Part shown: piece after piece, positions 13,441-27,600 of the stretch
Numbering within the stretch: position 1 is the stretch's first letter
Layout of the letters: every line of letters begins with the position of its first letter
Source: Lama glama
Taxonomy: Eukaryota
Reading direction: 5' to 3'
NCBI GenBank assembly: GCA_028534125.1
Contig: CM052817.1
Coordinates: 3,722,001 to 3,786,000, forward strand
DNA: 64,000 nt
Translations under genes and position numbers: made by a program
Notes under the pieces: generated by a model
Told to the model about the DNA's origin: nothing
Databases searched by the model: none
Seen by the model: only the letters and a program-made list of their open reading frames with translations

Positions 13441-14614
13441 CCGTGAAGACCGCGTGATGAGAAACATAAATAAAGACCCAGCACAATGCCTGGTACACTG
13501 CAGGCCCTCAATAAACAATTATGGCTGTAATTCGCTGCCAAAAGAAAACAAAGCCTAGCAAAGCACAGGGAAGCAACACCCTTAACAAACCCAGCTGCTC
13601 CTTCTGAGCACAGCTGCGCCGCCACCGAAGTGCTCTCCAGACAGTGCGCACAGTGACCACCAACCTCCCCCGGGAGCCCAGCACGCAGGCAGCTGGCCCC
13701 CTGAGGCTCCATCAGCCATGTCTGCAGAGGGACACTCTCTGCTGCATCCTCTCCAAACGTGAAGGACAGCCTCAAAATGAAGCTCACCTGGAGTAAGAGA
13801 AACATGTCTAGTCAAGTCACCCACGACCTCTCAGGTGCCAAAACAATGGTTGGTGAGAGCTTAGCTGCATAAATCAGTGGTTGGAAAGGAAGTGCAGTCA
13901 CTCTGTAATCAAGGGGGTTGAGCTGCTGAAAAATCCATCTGGTGTAAGAATTCACAACGGAGGACCTGAAAACCTTGGGGTTGGGGTTTCAAAGCAGGGT
14001 CAAAAGACCCAGGGTAATTACATGCCTATGAAAACAGTGAAATAAAACAGAAAGGCCATTCTCTGAATAATGGAGACACCTCCCAGACCTTCCGTTAGTA
14101 TTAACAGGAACTACCCTACTAGGTGGCTTGGCTGCTAAAATCTTTTGTGCTTCTCTCATGCTCAAGACCTAGGCAGCACCTGTCCTTGACTCTGCTGCAG
14201 CCTTCCCTTGCCACCCCTACCCTGCCCCGAAGCCAGCAAGCCTCAGGACTTGGAGCTGCCCCAGCCCCACTCCCACACTCCAGAATGCCTGGATAACTCT
14301 ACCTCCTGGGGAGGAAAAGACATTCTTCACCTGCTTGCTCACAACGTCCTCTTGCCCCTGCAGAGCTCCCAAGCCCTAGAAACTGAAGACCCAGAGCCCC
14401 GCCTCCCTGGGGTTGGAGTCTGCTCGAATTCCACCCATCCTTCCCTGCCCACCCTTCTGCAGAGCAGCTGTGAGCTCTGGGAACGCTGACCGGCAGAATC
14501 TCCACTGCACCTGCTTTCAGCTCCTCTCCTCCTGCTCTTCCTGCCCAGAGCTCCCCCCTTTGCTGGTCACAGAATACACGTGACAAGGGGCAGGGTGGTG
14601 TCTTTTGTAGAAAT

Positions 14615-14785
14615 AGCATGGACTTTGGAGTTGGACAAGCGGAAGTTCAAATCACAGCTCTGCCACTTGGAGTGGATGCAGTTAGCCTCTCTGAGCCCAC
14701 CTCCACGGGAGACAGTTCCTACCTGAAGAGCTGTGACCCACTCAAGAGCATGTGTGAAGTGCTTGGCCCAGACGTGTGCTCAGAA
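14615..14785 (+). mobile_element. MIR SINE remnant
   Basis: 'ggactttggagttggacaagcggaagttcaaatcacagctctgccactt...agcctctctgagcc' matches the MIR core. Confidence 0.6.
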
Positions 14786-15507
14786 CAGGGGAGCTATACC
14801 CTCTCCCAAGGGGAGCAGCTCAGAGGCAGCTCAGGGCTCCCCCAGCTAGCCAGGTTTAACCCTCTCCCATCAAGGAAGTTCACCAGCTCCTGGGCAAACC
14901 TTTATCTTACCCTGTCTGGCTCTTATGTACTTTGAGTCTTGGGTCTAAACATGGTCCTAAAAGTCCCGCCTGGTCTGAGCGCCCACCCACCTCTCCATCA
15001 CCTCCCCGACCTCTGCTTTCCATCCTGGCCACCTCCTGCTGTGGAGCTTTCCCAGAAATGCTGAACTTTTCCCCAATCCCACGACTCTGCACATGCCAAT
15101 CCCTCTGCCAAAGAGACCCTGTCTCACTCCTGTGCACACGGAAGACACTCTGAAAGGCCTGCTGGCACCTCAGCCCCTGTACTTTCTGCTGGACTCCCCA
15201 GGGGGCCTGCTGCTGTGCCCGAGCCTCTCCCTATCCTAACCCTCACGGAACCTCTGAGTGCACAGGTGCACAGGTGCACACAGCGGCCTCCAGCTGTGTC
15301 TGCCCGTCTTCGCGTCTTCTTGCCCAGCACCTGGAGCTCAACACCTTGATCAGATCTGTCCTTTCACCCTCACAGCTCTGTAAGGTGGATACCCTCGGCT
15401 CATTTTGTAAACAAGAACACTAAACCCAAGACCACCTGCCAGCAAACAGGTAGGTCAAGAGAACGCAGGCCAGTGCTCCTTCCAGATGTCACAGAGGTGC
15501 GTGTGCG

Positions 15508-15530
15508 CACACACACACACACACACACAC
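15508..15530. repeat. (CA)n microsatellite
   Basis: About 11 CA units seen directly. Confidence 0.9.
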
Positions 15531-15929
15531 CCAGCAGCTCAGATATACGGCAGGTCAAAGTCACCAGGAATACTGTCAAGTAGATTTTATAGAAAAGTCA
15601 GAGTTACACTGTTACACCTCAGTTCACTGATGCTAATTCTAAAATGGTCAAAGCAGTAGAAACTAGAGTCAGGCAAAAAATAAACAGATAAATTAGACAT
15701 TAATATGCCAGCCACGTGCTGGGTGCTTCACATCCATGTACATTTCCTCCTCATTTAATCCCAACAGCCCTTTGAAGTGCGAACTTATTTCTTTTTCCCA
15801 GAAAAAAAACCTAAGTTGAGAGACCCAAACCCTGTATCATCTTTGTATTCCTTGCAAGCTACATAACCACCCCTTGCCTCAGTTTCCTCACCTATAAGTG
15901 AGAATTATTTACAGTACTTACCTGAATTC

Positions 15930-16400
15930 ATCAGTTTTCAGTGCAGAATACAGAAACCACTTTAGGAATTTTAAGCAGAAAGGAATTTAACTCAAGGAAT
16001 TAGATGACTTCAAAACTACTGTAAGGGCTGAAGGAGTCAGCTCTAAACTGGGCCCCCAGGAATGGCTTCCAGAACCACACAGAACTGACGCACCAGGGGA
16101 GCTGTCACATCTGAGCTGCCACTGGAACTAAGGAACCGGAGAATGAAAGCAATAGGGTCAGGGAGCCACCGCGACAGCCCCTCCACACTGGACTGTCTCC
16201 ACCACAGCTGCCTCTAAACACTCAGGGAACGAACCCAGGGATGATGCCGCAGGAAAGCCTCACATCTCCATGACATCACTAAACAGCAGGAAACAGCCAA
16301 AACCGGGGGACGGGGGGTTCCCCACCTCAGACCGCTCATAAAGGGGACCCAATTCCTGCCCAGAACCCGAGCTGCCAGCAACTCTGGGAAATGCCCATTT
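15930..16400. mobile_element. Old ERVL/MaLR-class LTR remnant
   Basis: 'cagtgcagaatacagaaaccactttaggaattttaagcagaaaggaatttaa' resembles LTR33/MLT-type termini; family and right boundary are uncertain. Confidence 0.45.
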
Positions 16401-17599
16401 TAACCCTCCAGCTCCCACAGCACAGGAAGGCGCCCTAGAAGGATGAACAAGCCAGCCCGCAGAATCTAACACACCACACTCTCTCCTGTGGTTGCTGAAG
16501 ATTACACAAGGAGACCACGTGAAAGTGCCGAGTGGCACCGGCGAGCACCAGACATCGCCTGTCCCTCCCTGTGCCAGGGGCTCCAGCTGCCGAACGTCTC
16601 TGAGGTGCAGCCGCCCTGGTGGTAAGCCAACACACCTCCCTAAAAAGAAAGCAAGGGGCAAGTGCGTTCCCTAGCAGTGCTCATGCCGCCTTCCAAATGA
16701 TCAAATCCCCAAAGCCTAGATCGGTCTAGGAACTAAAATTCTGGTTGAGCGCTTTGACACCAAGTCAAAGTGCCCATTTACAGATTTATTTTTCTTAAGC
16801 CAGTGGTTTCAAGTTTTTTTTTTTATATGGCAAACCCTTTTAAAAAAATGAACTCTTATGTGAAACCCCAACAAAAACAGACAGTAAGGCCATGAGTCTG
16901 GCCTGCTCACACCGGGCATGCACTCCGTCCAGAGCTTCACGTTTAACCCGCACATCAACTCTTTACGAGAGTATAGTTAACCCCATCACTCAGTATACAC
17001 TCGGGAGCACAGAGGTTCAGTAAGTTTCCTGAGGTCACACAGGTCAAAAACGGCAGAGCTGAGGTTCAAACCTGAGTCTGGGTAGCTCTGGCTCTCAACC
17101 ACCGACTCCTCAGTGTCTCTCTGTGAATTACAACTCAGTGCCAGGGCGAACCAGACACACGCTGTGCCCTCGGGGGGCTCTCAGCCAGGTCAGGAAGCAG
17201 ATCAGAAAAATGCATCATTACAGGTCTTTAAACACAGCCTCCCACGAGCTGTTCCCTCTACCCTATGCCTTCACTTGGCAAGCTCCTTCTCACCCTGCAA
17301 GGGCAGTTCAAGCACTCTTCTCAGCAAAGGATATTCAGATCAGTTCTTCTGAGAACTTACTAGAGGGCCACACGGAAGATCTATGTGGTCAAAGCTAATT
17401 ACCACCTTCCAGGCCAAAGCAGGTTAGAAGCCTTAAAGCCTGGGCTTCTGAAGCCCTGTCTCCTGTGGAAAACTGGCGTGTTACTGAATTCCTCTCATAT
17501 CTGCTTTCTAGATAAAGACTGTTTCACTGCACTGGGCTCAGAGAATCCCTTAGAACAGTCCCTCTCTTCTATATGAGATGAGGATTCTGCTCAAAATAT

Positions 17600-17733
17600 G
17601 TTACACTAGTGGAACATAATCAGTATTTTATAATAACTTTAAATGGAACATAATCTATAAAACATCAAATCATTGAAGCTAATACAATATTGTAAATCAA
17701 CTATAATTTAATTACTATATATATATATATATA
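17600..17733 (+). mobile_element. Short L1 3' terminus followed by (TA)n
   Basis: 'aatacaatattgtaaatcaactata' is the L1 3' end motif that also appears in the copies ending near 35060, 39440 and 40980. Confidence 0.6.
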
Positions 17734-17794
17734 TTACATTAGTAAACTTCCTTCAAAGAAGCAACTAAATACCAGCATTTACAACCTGCTAGCC

Positions 17795-18039
17795 CAGAGG
17801 TTCTCAACAACTGGGTGATTCTGCCCAACTCTCCTACCTCACCCTACCCCACTCCTCCAGGGACATTTGACGGCGTCTGAGGATGTTTTAAGCTGTCACA
17901 ACTGGGGACTGCTGCTGGCATCTAGTGGGTAGAGGCCAGGGATGCTGCTAAACAGCCTTCATTTCAGTGCACAGGACGGATTCACCACAAAGGTTCATTC
18001 TTCCCCAAATGTCAACAGAGCCAAAGTGGAGAAACCCTG
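17795..18039 (+). mobile_element. MER20 hAT-Charlie MITE, near full length
   Basis: Terminal inverted repeats CAGAGGTTCTCAAC / GTGGAGAAACCCTG and the core 'ctggcatctagtgggtagaggccagggatgctgctaaaca'. Confidence 0.9.
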
Positions 18040-19419
18040 ATCTTTTCCAATAATGGATCAGTTAAAGTAAAGCACAATATGGGGTTAAGAACTAGAGAAA
18101 GCTTTAGAAAACATAGTTTTTAGAAGTGATAATATTTGTGTTAGAATCATTAACAGCTACTACCTTCCATGCCAGAAAGTGTACTAGATGGTCAATACTT
18201 TACCTATTTGATCTTGAACCTTACACAGTACTTTTATGTACCATTTAAGGCTCAGAGAGGTGAAGTAACTTGCCCAAGGCCACACAGCTACTAAATAGGA
18301 CAGCTCATTCTGAACCCCACCAGCCTGACTCCTGAACTAGCACTCCTGACTTCTGTATCCGTGACATGCACACATGCACGAGCGCGTGCACACACACACA
18401 CGAATGACGACACTCATGAGCCCCCACCCCCGCAGTGCTCATCTGTCTCCCCCACTGGCAGTGAGCTCCTTAAGGGCAGGGACTATCTCTAACCTCAGAG
18501 GAGAGTGTGCAACAGAGGTGCTTATTGCAGTCCGTGTAAAGAAAAGAACAAAGGCACAAACAGGAGCTGGGCTTGGGCTTCAGGGGCGGAGTGCAGGGGG
18601 AGGAGCTTGGGCTCCTCTGTTCCTGACTCACCCAGGCCACCCTTATCAAGCAGTCAGGGTCAGCAACAGGCCTGCTCCCTCAGGCTACAAGGTCCCTGAC
18701 CACTTCCTCTGAGCCCCATTCTTCAAGACCAGCTTCCAAAACACTGCCCTCACTGCTTTCTACAACCTAGAAGTGCACTCCAGACAAGGAGAACAGACTG
18801 CATGAGCATCGAGGGAGATGTGGGGCCCAGGGGATAAAGTGGAGAGGATGATGTAGAAGCCCAGGCTGGGAACTGCAAAGGACCAGCTCAAGCCCCAGCC
18901 CTGCCCTCAACAAAAACTCACGCCATCCTCTGAGCTGTGTGCCAGACCCCGTCTGTAACTCACCTGCAGATATACTCACCTGCAAAATGTTAGTGGGTTC
19001 CAAACATTTCTGGCCCAGAACCCTTTTCCCCTCAAAGGAATTACATATGGAAACTCTTCAAGACTCCAGGACAAAAAACTCACTACACTTGGCTCACAAT
19101 ATTACAAATCTTGATTCATTTGTCATTAATATTTTATCTGCTTCACAAAGGTACTTAAATAATGGCTCACAACAATAATGTCACAGCCATCAAAACAAAG
19201 GAAAGGAGACAAGAAACAAAAAATAAAAGAAGAGATATCTGATTTCTGTGGCACAAAGCTGAGAAAGAAAGATTTTCAAGAAACAATCCTCAGTCATTAA
19301 CGTTACTTCCTTTCAAAGGAAAAGAGGCTCCAACACAGACAGTAAGACAAAGGCAGCAGACAAAGCAGGATGAAGTCATGGCCGTCACAACAAGCAACTG
19401 ACACTTCAGAGCTACTCTG

Positions 19420-19730
19420 CCTGGGTCTGGACCAAGTTTTACACCCGGGAGCCCACTTCATCCCCATGAGCACCATATGAGTGGGTCTCATCATGAACCC
19501 ATTTTGCAGAGGAAGAAACTGAGACATAAGGCAAATAATGAGGACAATGCAGGTAAGACGACATAAATAGTACATCAACAACATAATAGGCATCATGTGC
19601 TGGGCACTTACTCATGCTATTTTAGATATGAGAAAAGTAGCTCAGAGAGGTGAAGTAACTTGCTCAAGGTCACACAGCCAGTAGTGACTGCAGGTCTCCT
19701 GAATTCCAAAGCTAAGCTCTTTCCTCTATG
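19420..19730 (-). mobile_element. Two adjacent MIR fragments
   Basis: 'cccattttgcagaggaagaaactgagac' and 'gctcagagaggtgaagtaacttgctcaaggtcacacagc' are reverse-orientation MIR core motifs. Confidence 0.65.
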
Positions 19731-20969
19731 CTGTTTCCCAGGCATCCGCATTTCAAGCAAGGTTTCCCAAATTTGTCAAGAACCAGGTGATTCTGAAAAC
19801 CTGTCTCCAAGGCCCTTCCTCTGAGATTCTGATTCTGGAGTTCTGGGATGAGTTCTAAAGAGACATAGTTCACAGGCACTCAGATGGTATTCATAAACAG
19901 GGAAAGTGGAAAATACTGATCTGAGCAAAGGGAATAGTTCAGCCCCACAAACCTGAGCTGCAACAGCACTATTTCAGGGCTGTGGACTCAGTGAGGACAG
20001 TGAATCTCACCCACAGTCCCTGGGTTCCTCCCACTGAAGGCGATGACGGAGTTACGGGCTTCTGGGGCCAAGAATTCTCCTCGGGAGGAGCACAGTATCT
20101 GTCCACGGGCACATCAAAGAAACAGGTGCCCCACAAAACCACAGCCCACATCGGAGATGTTTTCTCTCAGGACTGGTCTTAGACGCATCCAAGATGATCT
20201 GCATCTCCAGCTGATGACATACCTGAGACCGCCTTAAGTTAAGACGTGTGCCCACAGCCACAGAAGTCTCTGGCTGACTCCAGTCAGCATGTCACACCAT
20301 CTCAAAGGGACACCCAGTGCCGCAATGTCCAACACGTGCTCTGCTACAGGCACATGCACGGGGCAGCTGGGTTGAGCACAGAAACGTTCCTGGTGGGAAC
20401 ATGTGTGGCTGCAGTGCAGCGGCAGCATGCACCCCAGCAGCAGAACCAGGGCCAGAACGTGAACACAAGAGCACAGCCATGCAGGGGTGCAAGAGACACA
20501 ACCAGGGAGGGCCCTGATGGACGAGCCCTGGGTTATGCCAGTGTCGGCTGGAGTTAAGACATGGGGGCTACTGACTCTGATCAGTCACCCTCACCAGTCC
20601 CTCTTCATGGCCCAAGAAGCTCAGGTTATCAATGTAAAGGGCCCTCACAAACGTTGCTGATTTGGTAACACTGTCCACTTGTAGATCACCCTCAGCCACA
20701 GCAGGTCAAAGGTCAGGAAGTGACAAGACTGTGGAGTGAGCCAAGGACACGGAGGTGACAGCTAGCAGCGAGGAATCAAGCCGCAGAATCACTGACAGAC
20801 CAGTCCTATACACAACTCCAGAGGATTCTGGGCTACTGGGAAAAGGCATGATTACCTATATGACACAGTGTCTGCTCAACAGGGAGGAAACACACATTTC
20901 AGACAAGAACAATGCAGCTGATCGGAAGTTAATAACCTGGCTCTTCTAGAGAGACAAAGATGGCATTAC

Positions 20970-21688
20970 CTTGAAAAGAAGTTACTAAATGGTCCCAATA
21001 TTTTCAATTTCTTTCCCTCCTCAGTTTCATCACAGTCCTGCTGCTGCAGGTCACGGGTTTCCTTGATGGAGCTCAGGGTGACATCAGTAAACTGTGGGTC
21101 ATCGTCATTCTCCAGGGTCACAATGGCACTGGAGCTGCTCGTGACCACGAGGTCCAAGATGTCCTCGTTGCTGACGGACAGCGTGGTTGACAGCTCTGTG
21201 CCGAGACTGGACACGCTGCAGACGGAGACATTGTCACTGCGGTTCAGGGTTTCGGAGGTGGGGCTGTAGAGCTTCACCGAGTCGTAGCCCGTCCTGGGAA
21301 ACGTGGAGGACTTCCGCACGCTCTGCTCCCGCTCGGCGCTGGTGGGGGCTGGTGGCGCATAGGACGGCAGTGGGCATGCGCTCTGGCAGGCTCGCTCGGG
21401 GACGATCTCCGACTCGGACTGTTTCCTCTTCACGTGGACCACGCTGCAGGGCACGGGTTCTGGGTTGCCAACCTCTAGGGTGGGGATGCCCGAGTCCACC
21501 GACTTAAGGCTGTGCCGATCTTCTAAAGCACCAAGTTTCAGCTTGGGCCCATACTCAGGCAGCGAGAGGGATCTGGGTGCCTTGAGATTCAAGTGTTGCA
21601 GGTTCTGAATGTGGTTTCCTGGTCGACCATCCAGAATGCCCATCAAGGCTACGCCATTTGTAGAGGTGGAAAGGTTTCCATCAGTCAT
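20970..21688 (-). CDS. TBC1D14: TBC1 domain family member 14, first coding exon (exon spans 20970-21705, including 17 nt of 5' UTR; 239 codons plus 2 nt, phase-2 donor)
   Basis: Translation MTDGNLSTSTNGVALMGILDGRPG...DSGIPTLE...RKSSTFPRTGYDSVKLYSPTS...LGPFSNFFS matches the recalled TBC1D14 N-terminus. Acceptor TTGTGTTTTTTCTAG| before 21705; ATG at 21688 (context AAGATGA); donor AG|GTAATG after 20970. Synteny with KIAA0232 agrees. Confidence 0.96.
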
Positions 21689-24600
21689 CTTGGTCCAAGG
21701 AGAAACTAGAAAAAACACAAAAATGGAAATTAAGACAATGGATATAAAAAGCCAAAGATGCAACTCCTCTGACACACAGTCCAAACGTTTCGATGCCCCT
21801 TTTAAAGGAATGATCCTAAAAAAAAGTCCTACATACCCAAGTTTTAAGTCAAGACCAGAAGCTAGAGTTATAATATATATATTATGATATAAAATAACAG
21901 TAAGATAACTCAAACAAAGGCTACATTTAAGAGGGGTATACATAATCACCCTTATCATCATAACCTCCACACCACCAGTGCCATCTGTGATCCCCAGGAC
22001 AGCACTGGGAGCATGAGGACTCTTCCAGGGAGGAAGAGAGGGGGTTTGTTGTGTGTGTGTGTGTTTTAATGAGAAACAGGATACCTGTCAAAAGTATGTG
22101 AATTCAAAACCTAAACGTAAGTCAAGGTTCTGCTTATTCTGAGACAGCATAAAAATCAAAAGGTCTTCATCAAGACAGATGGCTGTGTACACCTTGTGCA
22201 GTGAGATTACCCCAAACACATCCAAGTTAGCCATGGCTCTCCACGATGCTTTAGTCACCTTACTCAGGTCTGCAGGGCAGGGCACATCATACCCTTTACC
22301 ATAGAAGAAAGTGAGGCTCAGAGAGGTTAGGAAACAGATCCAAGATCATACTGCTACTTAGCAGCAGAGCTGGATCTAAATGACTGACCCCAAAACAAGC
22401 CATACCTAGTGGATGAATGGCTAAGTCTGGGGTTATAAAAACCCAGATCAGAAGGCTGGCTCAGTACAGACAAAAACCAACAAAGGAAAAAATAAAGACC
22501 ATAAACCTGCAGTAAACACCTAAGCGAGTTGAGTCGGAGTTGCCAGTGACACATAGGCCCTGCCTGCAGTTCTCTGGCCCAAGACTGGGGTGGTGATGAG
22601 GGGATGGGAGGTGCACCAGCTTGGACAGCCAGGTCCCCAGTGGACTAAGAACCCTGACATAAGTTATGTTACCTTCTACTGTCCTTTAGAATGTCAAAAA
22701 CTACAGAAATCTGGGGGTGCATTTAAATTTGATCCATGGATTAGAAAAACGTAAAGAATGGAACTTTGGACTCAGACATCTCTGGGTCCCAACCCCAGCT
22801 CCACTAGACTGCCTTGGGAGAATTAAATAAGGTACCATGGGAAAAGCATGCAGGAGCCCCCCTGCCAGCATTACCCCCACCCCAGCAGGCACCCTGCTGG
22901 GAGCTGTTATCATTAAACAGCAAGGAGGTAAAGGTTTGAAGCCTGGCAATAACCCTGATAACCACTGCCTTTGGGGTGCTATTTTAGCTTTTGCAGTGAG
23001 CTTCTCGCTCCCCTTCCGGAAGCCTGACCTGCCTCTCAATGTCAACACAGCAAAAGCAAATTCATTAAAAGCAGAAACGGAGGGAGCAATCATCTCCCTC
23101 CCTCCCAGAAACTAAAGGAACAAGGCAGACAGTGCAGCACTGGAGCAAAAATAGAAATAAGAAGGAATGAATTCAAATGCAGAATTCAGAAATAGACTGA
23201 ACTATATATAAAAACCTGAGATGTGACCCACTGAGTAAGGAAGGATTATTTAATCATGGTGTCTTGCTAATTGGTTATCAATTTTTCTTAGAAGGCAGAA
23301 CCACACTGCACTACACCAAAACAAAAATATCGACAGAATTAGAGCTTAATACAAAAATGAGACTATAGAAGTGCTGCACAAAGTAGAACGCTTCTCTGAG
23401 CTACAGAGCAAAACGCAGCTCATAATCCAAGAGGATCGGGCATCATCTCACCACACGGGAACACATTTTAGATGTTCTGCAGTTCACACTGCCCTGAATT
23501 TCCTGGGCTGGAGCCCTCACCCTGAGTCCCCAGCCAGGACCTCCTCCCAGGCAAGGCCACAGCAAACTACCTCTGGAACCCTGCTCCGGGAACTACTCTG
23601 TGAAACAACAGACTTCACAACAGGAGGCACATGAAGACAAATCAGTACAGAAATTTAAAAGTTCTACATTTTTTTAATTAAAAAGAAAATACAGTAAGAA
23701 ACATCTTTGGCACATAGTTAAAAGCTCATCTTCGGCAACGTCAAAGGTGATTAGAATTATCAAAACACCATCAACACTCCAACAGGTCAAACTGGCAAAA
23801 AGCCATAAACACAAGAAGAAATCCTCTCGGCGAGCAGAGCTAGGAGCCCCACAGGCCCAGCTGAGACGCTGCTCTGCCCCTCACCAGCCAGGGAGGTGCC
23901 TCTGAGCCTCAACTTCCCGCCTCCCCGGCGGTAAAGTGAGACAATACCATGTAACTCACAGGCTTGTCTGATGATAAATTAAATGAGAAGGTTTGGTGGC
24001 ACACTGGCACACTGGCACCTGACATACAGTAGGTGCCCAATAAATGTGAATTTCCCCTATTTTAGCCACATAAAGAGCTGGAATACCCGAAAAAAATGAA
24101 TTTAAACTGAAATTTTGACACTAGAATAGACAGGAACGCGTAACAAGTGAGTTCAGTGAACCCAAGGAGCCCTTCTCCTCTGAGCTGCCAAGATGGAAGC
24201 AGAGGGAAGAGAGAAACAAGTTTACACAGAGTGCAAAGCCGCCTGGCGGTGGCCTGGTCCTTCCCCTTTCCTCTGCCTTGGGGGCCATGGAGGGCAGCCC
24301 GAGGGACTCTGCGAGGGGAAACTGAGGGGCCTCTGAGGCCTCTGATGGTTCCAAGTCCAGTTTAAGTTCCTTATGCCTCAGGAACAGAATGTCAGCCTTC
24401 GGACAAATAAACCTAAAAGGAAAAAAGTACTTCCACATGCAACATACTCTAAAACCAAACTCTGCAAGGGCCAAGGCCATCTGTCCTCAAACCCTTCCAC
24501 CTGCTGCCACCATTGCCATAAAACCAGAAGCTGCACTCCAGAGCACCTGCCTTCCGATGGGCCCTGCAGTAGGGGGGCTGCACACACAAAGGGCATGCTT

Positions 24601-27600
24601 CCGAGACAGGCTGCAGGGTGGACTTTGGAGGCCAGCCGAGAGGCCAGCTGCGGATGGCCTGCCTCCAAGTCACACGTTTTCTAAAGACACAGTAAGTCTA
24701 AATTCCCCAGGCTGGCGCAGGGCCTTCCTGATCAGCCTACCAGCCTCACCAGCTGCTTAATGTCACCCTCACCCCTCTCAACACCCAGCCGTACTGTGGC
24801 ACTGCCTCAGGTACTCTTCCCTGCCCAGCCATCAGCGCCCCTGGGGGTCTGCCCGCATGCGCCACAGAGACACAGCACACTTCCAAGGCCACCTCCACTG
24901 AGAAGCCTTCCTTGATTCTTCCAGGAAGCTGCAGGTCCTCCTTCCTCCTAGGCTCTTCGTGGCCACACCTCACCTACAACAACTGCATGTACAGCAGTTC
25001 CCATGTCTCTCTCCCCTGGCTTCTAAGCTTCAGGCAGTCACATGCTAATGGTTTCTGGATACTACTGCCTGACGTGGTTAAGGACTCAAAAGTCTCCTTG
25101 CTGAATTAATTATTACTAATAACTACATTCTAAGTGGACAGGTTTCAGGATAGTCCACCCAAGAAACACCTGTCAAGAGCTGAGTTGTGTTTCAAGAACA
25201 AGGTGAGGCAGCGGAGGTCACAGAAGAGCTACCGACAGCAGACCCAGCAAGTAAGCGATGACCGTCCTGTGCGCTATGTCAGCTGTGAGTCCAGACAACA
25301 GGGAACATAGTCAGCACCCGACAGCTCAGGAAAGCAAAATGAATTTCCCTCTGCAGTTGTTTCCCAGAGTCTCATACAATTCCTGGGCAGTGGCCACGGC
25401 GGCGCGCCCTCAGCTCTCGGCGGTGCCCAGGCAGGGCCCACACCAGATACAAGTCTGAGGATGAGCAGCCATCCCAGCCCCGACGAGACACACAGGATGT
25501 CCAGCACGGATACGAGGAGAACTGCTCACTCCAGGCAACAAGACCATCGGACCTGTTTTTACTGACCTGTCATGAAACTGAGTCCTGATGGAAGCAAAGA
25601 GGGAAAGTATCCCAAGAGATTGGAACACTCCATAGGGGCCCCTTCTTTAGTTTAATATGAGTCAGAAAGTGGAGAGCAGCTCTGCCAGTGACTCTGAATG
25701 AGGCTTTGGAAAACAAGCCCATGTTGAAGCAACAGTTGAATTTTCTCCTCCTTAAAAAGTAACGGGACTAGGTCTTGACTAAGGCTTCATAAGTAAAAGG
25801 AACAGTTTATGAAACCAAAACTGAATGACTTGGTTACGTCCCTGGGGGAAAAAATCCACTCCCTGGTGGCTTCAGGGAGACATAACGCTGCCCATCCATG
25901 CAGACATCCTCTGGCACTCATCCTCCGTGGCTCCTTCCTGTCCACGGGACGTGTGCTACACTCAGACTCCCTTGTCTCTGCTCCTCTCTGGATACTGCGG
26001 AGGAGAGTGGCCTCCTTGCACCCCCAATAGCACGGGAGATAGACAGTGATGCACCCTCAGATCCTCCAAGGAGGGTGCACTCATCTTATCTGCCAAGCCT
26101 CCCATCAACCCAGCTCTGCCAGATTTCCGCACCTTGTCGCTCAAGTCACAAACAGTCGGCTCCCTTCTTTCAGCCATGGCCTGAGGGCACGTGTGTCAGA
26201 GAGAGCAGGAATTAGGTCTGCAACACCTGACAACACCAGAGCATCACCACAAAACTACAACTTCATGAGGGCCAGGCACTGCTCTAAGCTCTTAACATAC
26301 CATTCTGTTTCGCAGCCCTTTCTGCCAGGTATTATCCCCCCACACAGAGGAGGAAACTGAGGCACACAGCTGACCCAGGTCTGCACTTTAATGTGGCAGC
26401 AGCTGAGGCCTGAGCCCAAGTCTGTGACCCCAAGGCCCTTGGTAAGCTCTGCTACTTACACAGTCCTAATGCAGACATCAAACACCTCCTCAAATCCTCA
26501 TCCCTCCCGTGGAGGAACAGACTGTACTCCATCACTTCACGGACGGCAAATACACAGCGCTGAGCCAGATGCAGGGAGCTGCCCAGGGTTCTGCAGGGAG
26601 GGCCCGACCTGAGTCTTCTCTCTGCGACACCTACGTCACTCTCCAGAAGGCCTCTCACGGGCCTTTCATGTTTCCTGGAGAGGAGTCTAGTGGGACTGCC
26701 AGGCTCCCCACAGGAGTGGTGGCTCCCCCAGGCCTTCATCTCGACCATGGACCTGACACCAAGGAGAGCCCACTGGCCTATGTGACATCTCCCACGTGAC
26801 TCGGCCTGCTCTGTAGAGGCTCTACAAGCACCAAGCACTGTGAGTCTCCTCTTTTAAATTCAAGTCCTGGCTTAGGCAGAAAGGACCCCGGGGAGAAAGG
26901 CACAGGACGTTCTGGGTCTCAGGTGCCTCGGCAGGAACAATAAGCACGAGCTGCCGCCCCTGCCCACCAAGTGTGCGTTACAACATGCGGGCACTGTGCT
27001 CGGTGTTCACACCCACCACCTACATAACCTTCACAGCAGCCCAAGAGCTGGGGACACCGTCACCAGCACCTCACGGACAAGAAGACCAGGCGCAAACGGA
27101 ACGTATAATGAAGTGGTCCTGCTGGGCTGACCTGGACCTGACTCTAAGGTGCTTACTCTTTCCACTGCTGCACAAGAGGCCTAAAATAATGGATTAATTC
27201 ACATTATGTAAAATGGAAAAGTCAACTATAAAAGTAGTTTGGTTTTTAAATGAGTTATTCTTTAGGATAAAAATAATACTAAAAATTTTTCTGGAAGCTC
27301 AATATATTTCTCTGGAGGGTGAACAGCAACTTTGAGGCACCTAAAACGCAACACAATGTTGTTTAATAAGCTTCAGTCCATCAGCAAACCAGGCCGAAAT
27401 TGGGGTTAAACTGTGGAGGGTCCCCAAAGGCTCCTTCCCAATGCTAAGAAACAGATATTTCACTTACACTGTCCAAAGGTGGTTATGTTTAAAATGCACA
27501 GGTGGGACACTTTACATTAAGAATTTTCAGTGCACAGGAGGTTCCCCCACTCCCCCAAATGTTTCAGCTACATGGAGTGATTTACCAAAACTAATCACCA

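Noticed and set aside
340..17733. L1 and LTR remnants in TBC1D14 intron 2 are all antisense to the gene
   Set aside because: This is the well-known orientation bias of intronic retroelements, and the number of elements is small.
21689..21970. 94-codon in-frame upstream extension of the TBC1D14 ORF with a transmembrane-like hydrophobic stretch
   Set aside because: It crosses a canonical 3' splice site at 21705/21706. The hydrophobic run is the T-rich polypyrimidine tract read as codons, and nothing supports intron retention or a local TSS.
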